The position numbers and the translations under genes are program-made. DNA of 64,000 nt from positions 64,001 to 128,000 of the forward strand of contig JAOPTW010000008.1 in assembly GCA_051532035.1 (NCBI GenBank), given 5' to 3'. A model generated the notes under the pieces. That model had not been told where the DNA came from. It saw only the letters and a list, made by a program, of their open reading frames with translations, and searched no databases. This DNA is from Fibrobacterales bacterium (GTDB lineage Bacteria > Fibrobacterota > Fibrobacteria > Fibrobacterales > JAOPTW01). This document shows, piece after piece, positions 39,618-49,564 of the stretch (position 1 is the stretch's first letter; every line of letters begins with the position of its first letter).

Positions 39618-40814
39618 ATGAAAAAATTAGCTGGGCGATTAAACAGAGTTTCACCATCACTTACTGTTGCAATAGACAGTAAAGCGAAGGCATTAAAGGC
39701 AGAAGGGAAAGATGTTATTGGACTTGCCGCAGGCGAACCCGACTTTGACACCCCTGACTACATTAAAGCAGCTGCAATCGAATCAATCAACGATGGTAAA
39801 ACTAAATACACCCCACCAGCGGGTATTTTAGCGGTCAAAGAGTCAATTTGTAAGAAATTTAAGAACGAAAACAATCTTACTTATACTCCGAGTCAAATTG
39901 TAATCTCTAGTGGTGCGAAGCACTGTATTTCAAATATTCTGACTGCACTTATTGAAGAAGGTGATGAAGTCATTATTCCCGCACCTTTTTGGGTAACCTA
40001 CCCTGAGCTTGTTAAACTGTATGGTGGAACGCCTGTTATCGTTTCTGCCGGCATTGAAAATGAGTTTAAAATAACTCCAGAGCAACTCAAAGCTGCAGTA
40101 ACTGATAAAACAAAAATGGTTGTACTCAATAGCCCTGTGAATCCCACTGGTGCTGTTTATACCGAAGAAGAGCTTAAAGCTTTTGCTGATGTTATCGTTG
40201 AAAATGACCTCTACTGTATGAGTGATGAAATTTACGAACACCTCATCTACGACTCATACAAGCATGTCTCTATAGCATCGTTCAATAAAGAAATTTACGA
40301 TAGAACTATTGTTATTAATGGAGTATCAAAAGCCTTTGCCATGACTGGATGGCGCATCGGGTATATCGGTGCTTCTGAAGAGATTGCAAAAGCGATTTCA
40401 AAAGTACAAGGCCAAGCGACACACCACCCTGCAAATGCCTCACAATTTGCTGCCAAGGCAGCTCTTGATGGGTCGCTTGAGAGTGTTGAAATGATGCGTA
40501 CCGCATTTGTTGAGCGTCGAAATTGGCTCATTGAAGCCTTAGGCAACATTGAAGGCGTACAAGTATGCATGCCCCATGGTGCTTTTTATGCATTCCCTAA
40601 CCTGTCTTCGTATATCGGGAAATCCTTTGAAGGTACAGTTATGGAAAGCTCTATTGACCTCTGTGCATTCCTACTGGACCAAGAGCTTCTCGCACTCGTT
40701 CCCGGAGATGCATTTGGCGCCCCTGGTTGCGTACGACTCTCTTATGCAACCGACCTCAAAACCATTGAGACAGCTGTCGACAGGCTTAAGAGCGGGCTGA
40801 GCAAGCTCGTATAA
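39618..40814 (+). CDS. aspC: Aspartate aminotransferase (class I PLP-dependent)
   Basis: GEPDFDTP, TKYT, NSPVNPTG, SDEIYE, NGVSKAFAMTGWRIGY, GAFY, RLSYA. Confidence 0.88.
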   Translation: MKKLAGRLNRVSPSLTVAIDSKAKALKAEGKDVIGLAAGEPDFDTPDYIKAAAIESINDGKTKYTPPAGILAVKESICKKFKNENNLTYTPSQIVISSGAKHCISNILTALIEEGDEVIIPAPFWVTYPELVKLYGGTPVIVSAGIENEFKITPEQLKAAVTDKTKMVVLNSPVNPTGAVYTEEELKAFADVIVENDLYCMSDEIYEHLIYDSYKHVSIASFNKEIYDRTIVINGVSKAFAMTGWRIGYIGASEEIAKAISKVQGQATHHPANASQFAAKAALDGSLESVEMMRTAFVERRNWLIEALGNIEGVQVCMPHGAFYAFPNLSSYIGKSFEGTVMESSIDLCAFLLDQELLALVPGDAFGAPGCVRLSYATDLKTIETAVDRLKSGLSKLV

Positions 40815-40821
40815 TAGTCGT

Positions 40822-42927
40822 ATGGAGATTTCATCCGGCGTATTTAATCTCAATCAGTTTAATAACACGGTATCCATAGGGAGATCTTCTGCCTGTGATA
40901 TCGTGTTAAATGATTTTACAGTATCACGCAGACACGCTGAGATTATTCAAAGCGATAATGGTTATGAAATTCGCGATACCGACAGTCAATCAGGGCTCTA
41001 TGTTAATGATGCCCCAACCGCACTTACATTGTTACACAGCGGAGATGAGATCCGAATTGGCACTCACATCTTGAAGTATCAGGCACTCCAAAAGCAACAC
41101 TCACTCTATTTGAGTAAACACGAAGACCGTCTATCCTTTTGTAATATTGAAGATACTGAAACTATTTTTTTTGGACGATCCAAACAGAACAAACTCTCCT
41201 ATGAAATACCAGACCTTCCTCAAGTTTTTCTCAGTGCTGAGCGCACTGGGAATGAACTCACCTTTCGAGCCCTGAATACTCAACTCACCGCACCATCGGG
41301 AAAACGTCAACGCAGCTTTTCACTCTTGAGTGGTGAGGTTGCCCATTTTAAACAGTTCTCACTTGAATTCTCTGGCTCAGAGATCATCCTCTATAGAAAT
41401 ACTTTAGGAGCAAACCTCCACACTCGTGCACTCCATTGGCGTCACGACTCCTTTGCCCTCTCTGATATTTCGGTAACAGTAAATCCTGGTGAATGTGTTG
41501 CAATACTCGGCATGTCGGGAGATGGCAAATCAACTCTATTAAACTGTATCAGCGGAGCGATACACCCCGAAGCAGGGACTATCTCTATTGATGGCAAACC
41601 TTTTTCTAAAGATGCGTCATACCTCGAACAAAAAGCACCACTCTACTCTTATTTCACGGTAAGTGAATCACTCCACTACGCAGCACAATTAGTGCTCCCT
41701 TCGGACTTGACCCGCGAAGAGCGGACAATAAAAGTTACCGACCTCCTCAATCTTTTCGATCTGACAGAAGTAGCAAACTTACTCAATAGTAAATTAAGTG
41801 GTGGACAACAAAAACGACTTGCGCTTGCTATCGAACTCATATCAAGCCCAACCCTTCTGCTTCTAGATGAGCCGACATCAGGCCTCGATCCACTCAATGA
41901 CTCACTGCTCACCGACTACCTTTCAGGCATAACAACTGCTGGGCACACAGTGGTAATGACAACCCACAACTACAACGACCTCCATAAGTTTAATCGCATT
42001 ATACTCCTTCAAAAAGGGCAACTCATATTTCAAGGCACCCCTAATCAAGCCCTTGATTATTTTAATGTGGACCAGTTTCATAAGATACTTGATAAAATCA
42101 GACTCTATAACGCTGATGAAAACAGAGAGAAACTCAAAGAGTCGGCACTTATCTTACAGGAATCAACGGAGACTCAGGCAGTAAATACCCACACATGGAC
42201 ATTTACCGTTGCAACCCGCTCTCCCTTCTTACCAACCCTTACCCGTTTTTACAAACAGTTCTTTCGCGACTCCGGCAGAGTTGCCCTCACTATCTCTCAA
42301 CCCTTTATTCTTGGTATTCTCTTACTCCTCATATTTGATACTCAATCATCGCACTGGACCATGGCGTTTACTCTCGTTATCTGCTCCCTTTGGTATGCGC
42401 TCTCAAATTCAATAAAAGAAGTAGTTCAAGAGAAAGAGATGGTTGCCAAAGAGCTTAAAAAAGGGCTAAAAATAGTCCCTTACATCTGTGCAAAAGCACT
42501 CCCCTTGACGGTACTTTCAACATTTCAAATTACGGTGACCTTTTTTATTCTCAAACTATTTTATGGCTTTGAATGGGATAGCCTCTACAGCTTTTCGATT
42601 TTTTGTGCCACTTCTCTTGCAGGAACTACTCTTGGACTCCTAGCCAGCACCCTTGCACGGACCCATAATCAAGCACTCTCGTCACTGCCACTCATACTGA
42701 TACCACAAGTTCTCTTTGCAGGGGCACTGGTTGAAGTCGATCTTTTTTCGACCATAGGGCACTCACTCTCTCACCTCTTTTTTAGTCGGTGGAGTTATGA
42801 TCTCTTAAAGTCCGTGTTTGTTGATTCGGTTCCTAAAATAGAACTCTTTATGCCCATTGGAATAATAGTCTTACTCTGTGTTCTTATACAGTGGTGGTAT
42901 ATTGCATCACTTAAAAAAAATAGATAG
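40822..42927 (+). CDS. FHA-domain ABC transporter (FHA + ATPase + ABC2 permease, Rv1747-like)
   Basis: FHA motif IGRS...VSRRHA; Walker A GMSGDGKST; LSGGQQKR; LLLDEPTSGLDP; PQVLFAG permease. Confidence 0.9.
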   Translation: MEISSGVFNLNQFNNTVSIGRSSACDIVLNDFTVSRRHAEIIQSDNGYEIRDTDSQSGLYVNDAPTALTLLHSGDEIRIGTHILKYQALQKQHSLYLSKHEDRLSFCNIEDTETIFFGRSKQNKLSYEIPDLPQVFLSAERTGNELTFRALNTQLTAPSGKRQRSFSLLSGEVAHFKQFSLEFSGSEIILYRNTLGANLHTRALHWRHDSFALSDISVTVNPGECVAILGMSGDGKSTLLNCISGAIHPEAGTISIDGKPFSKDASYLEQKAPLYSYFTVSESLHYAAQLVLPSDLTREERTIKVTDLLNLFDLTEVANLLNSKLSGGQQKRLALAIELISSPTLLLLDEPTSGLDPLNDSLLTDYLSGITTAGHTVVMTTHNYNDLHKFNRIILLQKGQLIFQGTPNQALDYFNVDQFHKILDKIRLYNADENREKLKESALILQESTETQAVNTHTWTFTVATRSPFLPTLTRFYKQFFRDSGRVALTISQPFILGILLLLIFDTQSSHWTMAFTLVICSLWYALSNSIKEVVQEKEMVAKELKKGLKIVPYICAKALPLTVLSTFQITVTFFILKLFYGFEWDSLYSFSIFCATSLAGTTLGLLASTLARTHNQALSSLPLILIPQVLFAGALVEVDLFSTIGHSLSHLFFSRWSYDLLKSVFVDSVPKIELFMPIGIIVLLCVLIQWWYIASLKKNR

Positions 42928-42956
42928 CCCATTCTATTTGATAGAGCGAGACAAGG

Positions 42957-43355
42957 TTAATCAAGAACCTCATACTCCGCAGCCACTTCATCTTTCTTGA
43001 GGCCCTTTTTACTCATCAGCCCTTTAACAGATGCAAGAACAGGTTTTCGCACTACTGGACTCAGACAACTAAAACCAACAACATCAGTGAGTACCCCAGG
43101 AGTAAGAAGGAGTACAGAGCCAACCAAAATTATCGCACCTTCGATAATTTCATCTTTGGGCATTACCCCCGAAGAGAGTTTCCCTTGAATTTCAGAAATT
43201 ATTTTTAGGCCTTGGCTTTTAGCATATTTGGCCCCAATTATCGCGGTCACAACAATTAAAACAATTGTAGGAATAAACCCAATGCGTGCTCCTACAAAGA
43301 AGAGAAGCATTATTTCAATAACGGGAACAAATAAAAAGAGTAAAAACAGTTTCAT
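42957..43355 (-). CDS. fxsA: FxsA family membrane protein
   Basis: PVIEI, TAIIG, QGL, LLLTPGVLTDVVG. Confidence 0.9.
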   Translation of the reverse strand: MKLFLLFLFVPVIEIMLLFFVGARIGFIPTIVLIVVTAIIGAKYAKSQGLKIISEIQGKLSSGVMPKDEIIEGAIILVGSVLLLTPGVLTDVVGFSCLSPVVRKPVLASVKGLMSKKGLKKDEVAAEYEVLD

Positions 43356-43407
43356 AGGAATTTTCTATAATTAACGCGGTCTTTTAATATATAAAGTAGC
43401 GGTTAAA

Positions 43408-43983
43408 GTGGCAAAGAAAAAGTTCTATGCAGTAAAGCTCAGTGATGGAAGTACAACGATCTATACCTCATGGCCTGAATGTGAAAAAGCGGTCAAAGGA
43501 GTGAAAGGTGTCACCTACAAAGGGTTCGCTACTAAAGACGAAGCAGAGGTTTTTCTCTCTCCCGACCCTATTATACCTGATACGGGAATATTTGCCTATG
43601 TAGACGGTTCATTTACTCCCAAACAGAAGCACGGAGGCTGGGGAATCGTTATTGTTGAAAACGGAGTAGAACTCCATAGAGACTTTGGGCGCACCATTGG
43701 TGATGCTCTGAGCAGAAACATTGATGGCGAGGTTACCGGAGCCATGAAAGCTATTGAATGGGCAGAAGACCACCTTCAGCCCGTAACCATTTGCCATGAT
43801 TATACGGGAATTCGTCACTGGGCACTCAAAGAGTGGAAAGCCTCATCAGAGATCGCTCAACAGTACCAAGCTTTTTGTGAAGGACGAATCGCTGGCATCA
43901 CCTTTAAAAAGGTAGCAGCACACAGTGGTGATCATTGGAATGATATTGCTGACGAACTCGCAAAGAAAGGGTGCGAGCTTTAA
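43408..43983 (+). CDS. rnhA: Ribonuclease HI with an N-terminal hybrid-binding (viroplasmin) domain
   Basis: KFYAV...IYTSWPECEKAVKG..YKGF; YVDGSF, RNIDGE, HDYTGI, KVAAHSG..WNDIADELAK. Confidence 0.9.
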   Translation: MAKKKFYAVKLSDGSTTIYTSWPECEKAVKGVKGVTYKGFATKDEAEVFLSPDPIIPDTGIFAYVDGSFTPKQKHGGWGIVIVENGVELHRDFGRTIGDALSRNIDGEVTGAMKAIEWAEDHLQPVTICHDYTGIRHWALKEWKASSEIAQQYQAFCEGRIAGITFKKVAAHSGDHWNDIADELAKKGCEL

Positions 43984-44000
43984 TGTTCAAACGAAAGTGA

Positions 44001-44186
44001 TCACTTAAAAGTCACATCGCCTTTGCAATGATCTTTAAGGTGGCAATTTTTCTCTCTAAAAATTGCTGCATATTTTTTGATCCAATCTTTAATTGCGGCG
44101 CTTCCAAGGTCACGACCCGCCTTTTCAGACTCAATCCATTTATGCCTTTTCATTTCCTCAATTTCTGCTTTGAGATACTCTGTCAC
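44001..44186 (-). CDS. Small hypothetical protein (DUF4032-like)
   Basis: EIEEMKRHKWIESEKAGRDLG..AIKDW; GTG 44186 behind AGGGGAG. Confidence 0.7.
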   Translation of the reverse strand: MTEYLKAEIEEMKRHKWIESEKAGRDLGSAAIKDWIKKYAAIFREKNCHLKDHCKGDVTFK

Positions 44187-44232
44187 AGATACTCCCCTAT
44201 ATATGACTCTCACCCAGAAATAAAATAAGTTA

Positions 44233-45213
44233 TTATCCGTTTCTCGTCATACAGTGAAGTCCGCCACCCTCAGTTATAAGAGTTGATATATCGATAGACT
44301 TTACAATTCGATTGGGAAAAATATCTTCAAAAAGAGTAAAAACTTCTGCATCTTCTGATGCTCCATAGGCTGGAATGATGACGGCGCCATTTACAAAAAT
44401 AAAGTTGATGTATCCAGAGGGAAGCGCCTCTCCCTGCCACTCTCTTTGAGGTATAAAAGGACAAGGAACTATCGAAAGCGACCCAAGCTCTTCTAGAAAA
44501 TCAGCATTTTCTTTCATTCGACGGTACTCTTTATGGTCTTTTTGAGGTAAAAAAAGCAAAACAGTTGAGTCATCGATAAAGCGTACAATGTTATCCACAT
44601 GACCATCAGTATGATCACATTCAAGACCATGCGGAATCCAAACAAGAGTATCTATACCTATATTTTGGCTGCACCAGTCAGAAAACTGGACTCTTTTTAA
44701 GGTAGGGTTTCGGCTCGACGCGAAGAAACATTCATCGATAGTAAGCATCGTGCCTGAACCATTAATTTCAAGATTTCCTCCTTCAGTTATTACTGAAGAT
44801 GTCAACTCGTCCAAATGTTTACATTGTAAAATTTTCTTTGCAATAGCATTATCATTCTCCCATGGGGGGTATTTCTCACCCCATGCGTTAAAAATGAAAT
44901 TGACACCACCTTGGGCACCATCTTTTTCAAAAAAGAACGGCCCATAATCCCTAATCCAAATATCATCCGTTTTCATATGATGAAAGGTTAAGGAAAAGTT
45001 ACACTCCCCACTCTTCCCTTTCACAAACTCTTCTGTTTCACTATCAGGTACAATAAGATCAACTGGTTGAAACTCAAGGATAAGTGCAATCAAATCTATA
45101 TAAAATTCGCGAAGCTTAGAAAGACGCTCCCCCCAATGCTTTTGATTATGAGGCCACGCAAGCCAAACCGTCTCTTGATGTTCCCACTCGGCTCTACAAC
45201 GCACACTACTCAT
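44233..45213 (-). CDS. aguA: Agmatine deiminase
   Basis: AEWE, WLAWP, DIWIRDYGP, FNAWGEKY, EGG, DHTDGHVD, GGGLHCMT; ATG 45213. Confidence 0.9.
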   Translation of the reverse strand: MSSVRCRAEWEHQETVWLAWPHNQKHWGERLSKLREFYIDLIALILEFQPVDLIVPDSETEEFVKGKSGECNFSLTFHHMKTDDIWIRDYGPFFFEKDGAQGGVNFIFNAWGEKYPPWENDNAIAKKILQCKHLDELTSSVITEGGNLEINGSGTMLTIDECFFASSRNPTLKRVQFSDWCSQNIGIDTLVWIPHGLECDHTDGHVDNIVRFIDDSTVLLFLPQKDHKEYRRMKENADFLEELGSLSIVPCPFIPQREWQGEALPSGYINFIFVNGAVIIPAYGASEDAEVFTLFEDIFPNRIVKSIDISTLITEGGGLHCMTRNG

Positions 45214-46117
45214 GCCACGTCCTTTTACACACCATACCAGTCTGTACCTTTGCGACACCTTTTTCGAGCAAAGACTCAAAAGCGTCAACTCTTCGATCCC
45301 TAAAGAATGGCCAAACATCAAGATGAGCTCTGTTGTCTGAAAGATCGATAGTATGTACTACTGCTTCTTCTTGTGTTGTAGCGTTATTCTCTAACTGGCC
45401 ATTAGGCTTACACAAAAATGAATTGCCCCAAAAGCTAATAGTGCCTTCTATTCCAATGCGGTTCACTGCAATAGTATGCACTCCATTTGCAATACTATGC
45501 GCACGCATAGTAGTAGTCCAAGCATCGAGCTGTTCATCGTTTAGAGAATCGGGTTCGGTATCATCCCATCCAATAGCCGTAGGGTAAAGTAAAAAATCCG
45601 CCCCTTTAAGAGCCATAATTCGTGCTGCCTCAGGAAACCACTGGTCCCAACAGATAAGCACACCCAATGTACCGACACTGGTTACTATAGGAGTAAAACC
45701 TTTGGTTCCCTCTTCAAAATAGTACTTCTCATAAAAGCCTGGGTCATAGGGTATATGCATCTTTTGATATTCCCCAGCAATTGTTCCGTCACGTTCATAC
45801 ACCACTGTACTGTTGTAATAATGAGAACCAGATTTCTCGTAGTAAGGCACAACGACAACGGCATTCATTGATTGGGCAAGCTCTTTAAACCCAGTAAATA
45901 TAGGGTCTTCAATGGTACGCGCGTAATCGAGAAACGCATCTTCTTCTGTGAGACAAAAATATTCATGGAGTACGAGCTCAGGAAACACAATCAGCTCAAC
46001 CCCTTTTAGGGTGTAGGCCAACTGAAGATAATGAGATACTGTCAATTCCATATTCCCTTGGTATGAACTCTGTACCCACCCCACTTGTACAGTCCTACTC
46101 TCAGTGATACTATTCAT
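45206..46117 (-). CDS. aguB: N-carbamoylputrescine amidase (nitrilase superfamily)
   Basis: FPEL, YQKMHIPYDPGFYEKYYF, LICWDQWFPEAAR, YPTAIGW, WPFFRDRR. Confidence 0.92.
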   Translation of the reverse strand: MNSITESRTVQVGWVQSSYQGNMELTVSHYLQLAYTLKGVELIVFPELVLHEYFCLTEEDAFLDYARTIEDPIFTGFKELAQSMNAVVVVPYYEKSGSHYYNSTVVYERDGTIAGEYQKMHIPYDPGFYEKYYFEEGTKGFTPIVTSVGTLGVLICWDQWFPEAARIMALKGADFLLYPTAIGWDDTEPDSLNDEQLDAWTTTMRAHSIANGVHTIAVNRIGIEGTISFWGNSFLCKPNGQLENNATTQEEAVVHTIDLSDNRAHLDVWPFFRDRRVDAFESLLEKGVAKVQTGMVCKRTWHE

Positions 46118-46214
46118 TAAAGTTCTCCTACAATCTCACTGGGTAAAGTTCATAGCCACAGGAGCAGTAATTTAGTTAGCTTTGTGTAGTAAATGTACTT
46201 TTTTGCACGGACCT

Positions 46215-47468
46215 ATGAAACCTATTTGCCTCTCAAAACGCTCAAACCTTACTACCGAGTCACCCATAAACTGGTTGATTCAGTACGATATATCTCATCC
46301 CGATGTCATTTCTCTTGCCGCTGGGCTCGTGGACTACCCAAGCCTCCCGCAAGATTCTCTGATTTCGTCAATGAGCTCTATCCTTAAAGAGGACGCAAAA
46401 GCTCAAAAAGTTCTCCAATACGGAAGTACCCAAGGGAACCCACAGCTTCGCGAAGAGATCGCTGTCCATGTATCAGATCAGGAGAGTGAAAAATCACATT
46501 TTTACGCTGATGATTGTATTGTGACCAATGGATCACAGCAGCTCCTCTACCTCATTGCAGACACACTCCTCAACCCCGGGGATATTGTGCTCCTCGAGGC
46601 CCCAACCTACTTTGTCTTTATGGACACTCTTAGAATTTTTGGTGTTGAATGCGTTAATATTACAATGGACTCGAATGGCCTTAGGCCCGATGCACTCCGA
46701 GATACCCTTGAGACACTTAAAAGCCAAGGGCAACTCTCTCGGGTTAAGTTTCTCTACACCGTGGATTATTTTCAAAACCCCACAGGCATTTCACTCAGTG
46801 AGGAACGGAAGCCTGAAATATTAGAGATTATTAAAGAGTATAGTAGTGAAAACCAAATACTTATTTTAGAAGACGCTGCCTATCGAGATCTATCCTTTAC
46901 TCCAGAAAAAACACACTCTATCAAGTATTATGACTTTGAAAACGAGTGGGTCATGTACACCTCTACCTTTTCAAAGCCCTACTGCCCAGGCATAAAATTG
47001 GGGTATGGTATTCTTCCACCGCTTATTATGGAGTACGTAGTTCGGCACAAAGGGAACCACGATTTTGGCACTCCTCACCTAAATCAACACCTCGCATTGG
47101 ACGCACTAAAAAACCGCACTTATCACAAACAGTATTTGAAGTTACAAAATGTCTATGCCGAAAAAGCAAAGGTTATGATTGCAGCTATGGAGAAACACTT
47201 CCCCAAAGACGTAACCTATCATATTCCCGAAGGGGGGTTTTACATATGGGTAACGCTACCCGATGGAATTTCAACTGATAGAGAATCAACACTCTTTAGC
47301 AACTGCCTTAAATACAAAGTGCTCTACGTTCCTGGTGAATACTGTTATTATCAAGGAGAGCATTCTGATCACTCACTCGGTCATAACCAGATGAGACTTT
47401 CGTATGGAACTCCAAATATCGAAGAAATAGAAGAGGGTATTAAGCGATTGGCCCAAGCACTTAAATAA
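46215..47468 (+). CDS. PLP-dependent aminotransferase (2-aminoadipate transaminase-like)
   Basis: ISLAAG, LQYGSTQG, TNGSQQ, FQNPTG, EDAAY, TFSKPYCPGIKLG, PEGGFYIW, MRLSY. Confidence 0.88.
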   Translation: MKPICLSKRSNLTTESPINWLIQYDISHPDVISLAAGLVDYPSLPQDSLISSMSSILKEDAKAQKVLQYGSTQGNPQLREEIAVHVSDQESEKSHFYADDCIVTNGSQQLLYLIADTLLNPGDIVLLEAPTYFVFMDTLRIFGVECVNITMDSNGLRPDALRDTLETLKSQGQLSRVKFLYTVDYFQNPTGISLSEERKPEILEIIKEYSSENQILILEDAAYRDLSFTPEKTHSIKYYDFENEWVMYTSTFSKPYCPGIKLGYGILPPLIMEYVVRHKGNHDFGTPHLNQHLALDALKNRTYHKQYLKLQNVYAEKAKVMIAAMEKHFPKDVTYHIPEGGFYIWVTLPDGISTDRESTLFSNCLKYKVLYVPGEYCYYQGEHSDHSLGHNQMRLSYGTPNIEEIEEGIKRLAQALK

Positions 47469-47470
47469 AA

Positions 47471-47505
47471 AACAAAAGAGGAGTACAGTGTACTCCTCTT
47501 TTGTT
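47471..47505. terminator. Bidirectional intrinsic terminator
   Basis: AACAAAAGAGGAGTACA-G-TGTACTCCTCTTTTGTT. Confidence 0.88.
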
Positions 47506-47539
47506 ATCGCTATCGTATTTTCACACTCCGTGTAAATAC

Positions 47540-47770
47540 CTACTTCTTTTTAAACATATCAGCAAGTGCACCCATATCAACCTGGGGTCCTTGAGCAGCC
47601 TTTTTATTCTCATTCATAATTCGTTCATACACCTCTTCACGGTGAACCGCAATTGACCGAGGGGCATCAATTCCCACTTTTATATTGTTACCATCAACAT
47701 CAACAATGGTGAGCTTGATATCATCGCCAATACGAATTGAATCACCAACCTTACGTGTAAGTACTAACAT
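47540..47770 (-). CDS. csrA: Carbon storage regulator CsrA
   Basis: [18 protein letters not shown]...[16 protein letters not shown]. Confidence 0.97.
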   Translation of the reverse strand: MLVLTRKVGDSIRIGDDIKLTIVDVDGNNIKVGIDAPRSIAVHREEVYERIMNENKKAAQGPQVDMGALADMFKKK

Positions 47771-48201
47771 TATGCACCTCCACCCAGGATCGGTTCAGCA
47801 ACCGAATATCTCCCATCGTCTAAGATGAGCTGTTTACCAATCTGCTTTTTAATATTTATTAATACAGGGCCCGTTAAATTAGCCGTCGACTGTGACATAT
47901 CCTTGTGTAATGTTACTATAACATAAAAAAGTAACTCTTCTTTTGACTGCAACTCAAGGTCTGCGATGTGTGCTTTATTCATTGCAGGGTCATAATCTGG
48001 CTTAAAAAGCATTGGGTTAACAATAACAAATTTTATGCCAGGCTCATCAATACTCTGTAAGAAATGAAATGGTTCATACTCTTTTGTTGTGGTAATCACA
48101 AACTTTTTTAATTGCTGAAAACCCGGAAGACCATTATGAAATATAATGAGTTGATCTTCGGTAAAAACAGTGTCGTCTATTGTATAAGTCTTTGTATCCA
48201 T
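47770..48201 (-). CDS. fliW: Flagellar assembly factor FliW
   Basis: [35 protein letters not shown]; adjacent to csrA. Confidence 0.93.
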   Translation of the reverse strand: MDTKTYTIDDTVFTEDQLIIFHNGLPGFQQLKKFVITTTKEYEPFHFLQSIDEPGIKFVIVNPMLFKPDYDPAMNKAHIADLELQSKEELLFYVIVTLHKDMSQSTANLTGPVLINIKKQIGKQLILDDGRYSVAEPILGGGA

Positions 48202-48291
48202 AAAAAGTAATGTAGTTAAAATTCAAAAAGGTAAAGGGGAAAATTGAAATAGTTTAAAAATTTGCTTTTCAATAAGTGAACATTTAGAAAC

Positions 48292-48321
48292 AAAAAATTC
48301 CGGCTGACCCAGCCGGAATTT
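48292..48321 (-). terminator. Intrinsic terminator of flagellin
   Basis: AAATTCCGGCTG...CAGCCGGAATTT with an A run on the plus strand. Confidence 0.85.
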
Positions 48322-48343
48322 AATGAAATCAATAAAGGTGTTA

Positions 48344-49195
48344 CTAACCTTGGAGGAGACTGAGTACCGATTGCGGTACAGAGTTTGCCTGAGACAACAT
48401 AGAAGTCGAAGCCTGAGTAAGAATCTGATTTCGTGTAAACTGCGTCGTTTCGTAGGCAAAGTCAACATCTCGGATGACCGATTCAGCTGATTGCATATTT
48501 GTCTCTGACACATGTAAATTGTTAATTGCGTGATCGAGTCGATTCATAAGCGCACCAATATCTGAACGCATAGCATTGACCGAGGTCAGAGCATTATCCA
48601 GTTGATCCACTGCAATTGAAACTCCAGGACGCCCTGTAATCGCTGCACTTGAGAGACCCAATGCACCAATTGTTACCGACATAATAGAAACCTGGAAGGT
48701 ATCAATACCCACACGATTATTTGCGCCAACATGCAGAACAGATGCCGCTCCACCTGACACACCAAATGATCCCGCAGCACCATCAATGAGTGTAACCCCA
48801 TTGTATTGGGTAGTCAAAGATGTTCTTTGAATTTCCTCTTTAAGAGCTTGAAATTCCTGATCGAGGTAGCCACGGTCAGTTGAAGTCAAGGTGTCATTGT
48901 CTGATTGTATTGCAAGCTCACGCATACGCTGGAGCATTGATGAAATTTCGTTTGCTGCACCCTCAGCAATTCTCAGAAGTGCAGTACCATCACCGGCATT
49001 TTTAATTGCCATTCTGGTTCCTCGAACTTGTGTTCTTAACTGTTCAGACACTGATAAGCCTGCGGCGTCATCTGAAGCTCTGTTAACTCGAAGTCCTGTA
49101 GACAACCGTTCTAGTGATGTCTGTAAGGCATTATTCGATCTCCCTAGCGATGCCTGAGTAATCATTGCAGATATATTATGATTAATCCTAGTCAT
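48344..49195 (-). CDS. fliC: Flagellin (short, 283 aa)
   Basis: RINHNISA, ERLSTGLRVNRASDDAAGL, LQRMRELAIQ, AESVIRDVDFA, MLSQAN..PQSVLSLL. Confidence 0.96.
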   Translation of the reverse strand: MTRINHNISAMITQASLGRSNNALQTSLERLSTGLRVNRASDDAAGLSVSEQLRTQVRGTRMAIKNAGDGTALLRIAEGAANEISSMLQRMRELAIQSDNDTLTSTDRGYLDQEFQALKEEIQRTSLTTQYNGVTLIDGAAGSFGVSGGAASVLHVGANNRVGIDTFQVSIMSVTIGALGLSSAAITGRPGVSIAVDQLDNALTSVNAMRSDIGALMNRLDHAINNLHVSETNMQSAESVIRDVDFAYETTQFTRNQILTQASTSMLSQANSVPQSVLSLLQG

Positions 49196-49255
49196 TTGAT
49201 TCCATTCCTTTCGGTTCTTCTTCCTAACCTGTTACTTGACCTACTACACATTAAA

Positions 49256-49270
49256 GCAAGTAGTGTGCCA
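49256..49270 (-). promoter_or_regulatory. Sigma54 promoter of flagellin
   Basis: The minus strand reads TGGCAC-ACTAC-TTGC, a perfect -24/-12. Confidence 0.9.
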
Positions 49271-49505
49271 ATTATTAAAAGCTGTTTTTTTGTATAAAAT
49301 AAGCCATATTTCTGATCAAATACCTGCAGGCAACCCCTAGAGTGATTTTTTTTCCGAAGTTAAGGAACATAATGCCTTATTTCTTGTATGAAAACTTAAA
49401 GAAATTGGTAACCTGAGACCATACGTTTAATCCCCCCCCCAATAAGCCCCTACAACCAAAGGATTTACACGAATCATACTTGCGTTGATAGTTGAAGTAA
49501 AAAAT

Positions 49506-49535
49506 AAAAGGCCCTGTTTTAACACAGGGCCTTTT
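49506..49535 (-). terminator. Intrinsic terminator of the flgJ-flgL operon
   Basis: AAAAGGCCCTGT-N6-ACAGGGCCTTTT. Confidence 0.85.
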
Positions 49536-49564
49536 TGAGAGCATTATTATAAGACTCGAGCTAA

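Noticed and set aside
43408..43983. Viroplasmin domain suggesting a viral or mobile origin
   Set aside because: It is the ordinary hybrid-binding domain of many bacterial RNase HI proteins, with no mobile-element context.
49432..49440. Poly-C tract between flgL and flagellin as a phase-variation site
   Set aside because: It is intergenic and well upstream of the sigma54 promoter and candidate enhancer sites, so a length change has no evident effect.
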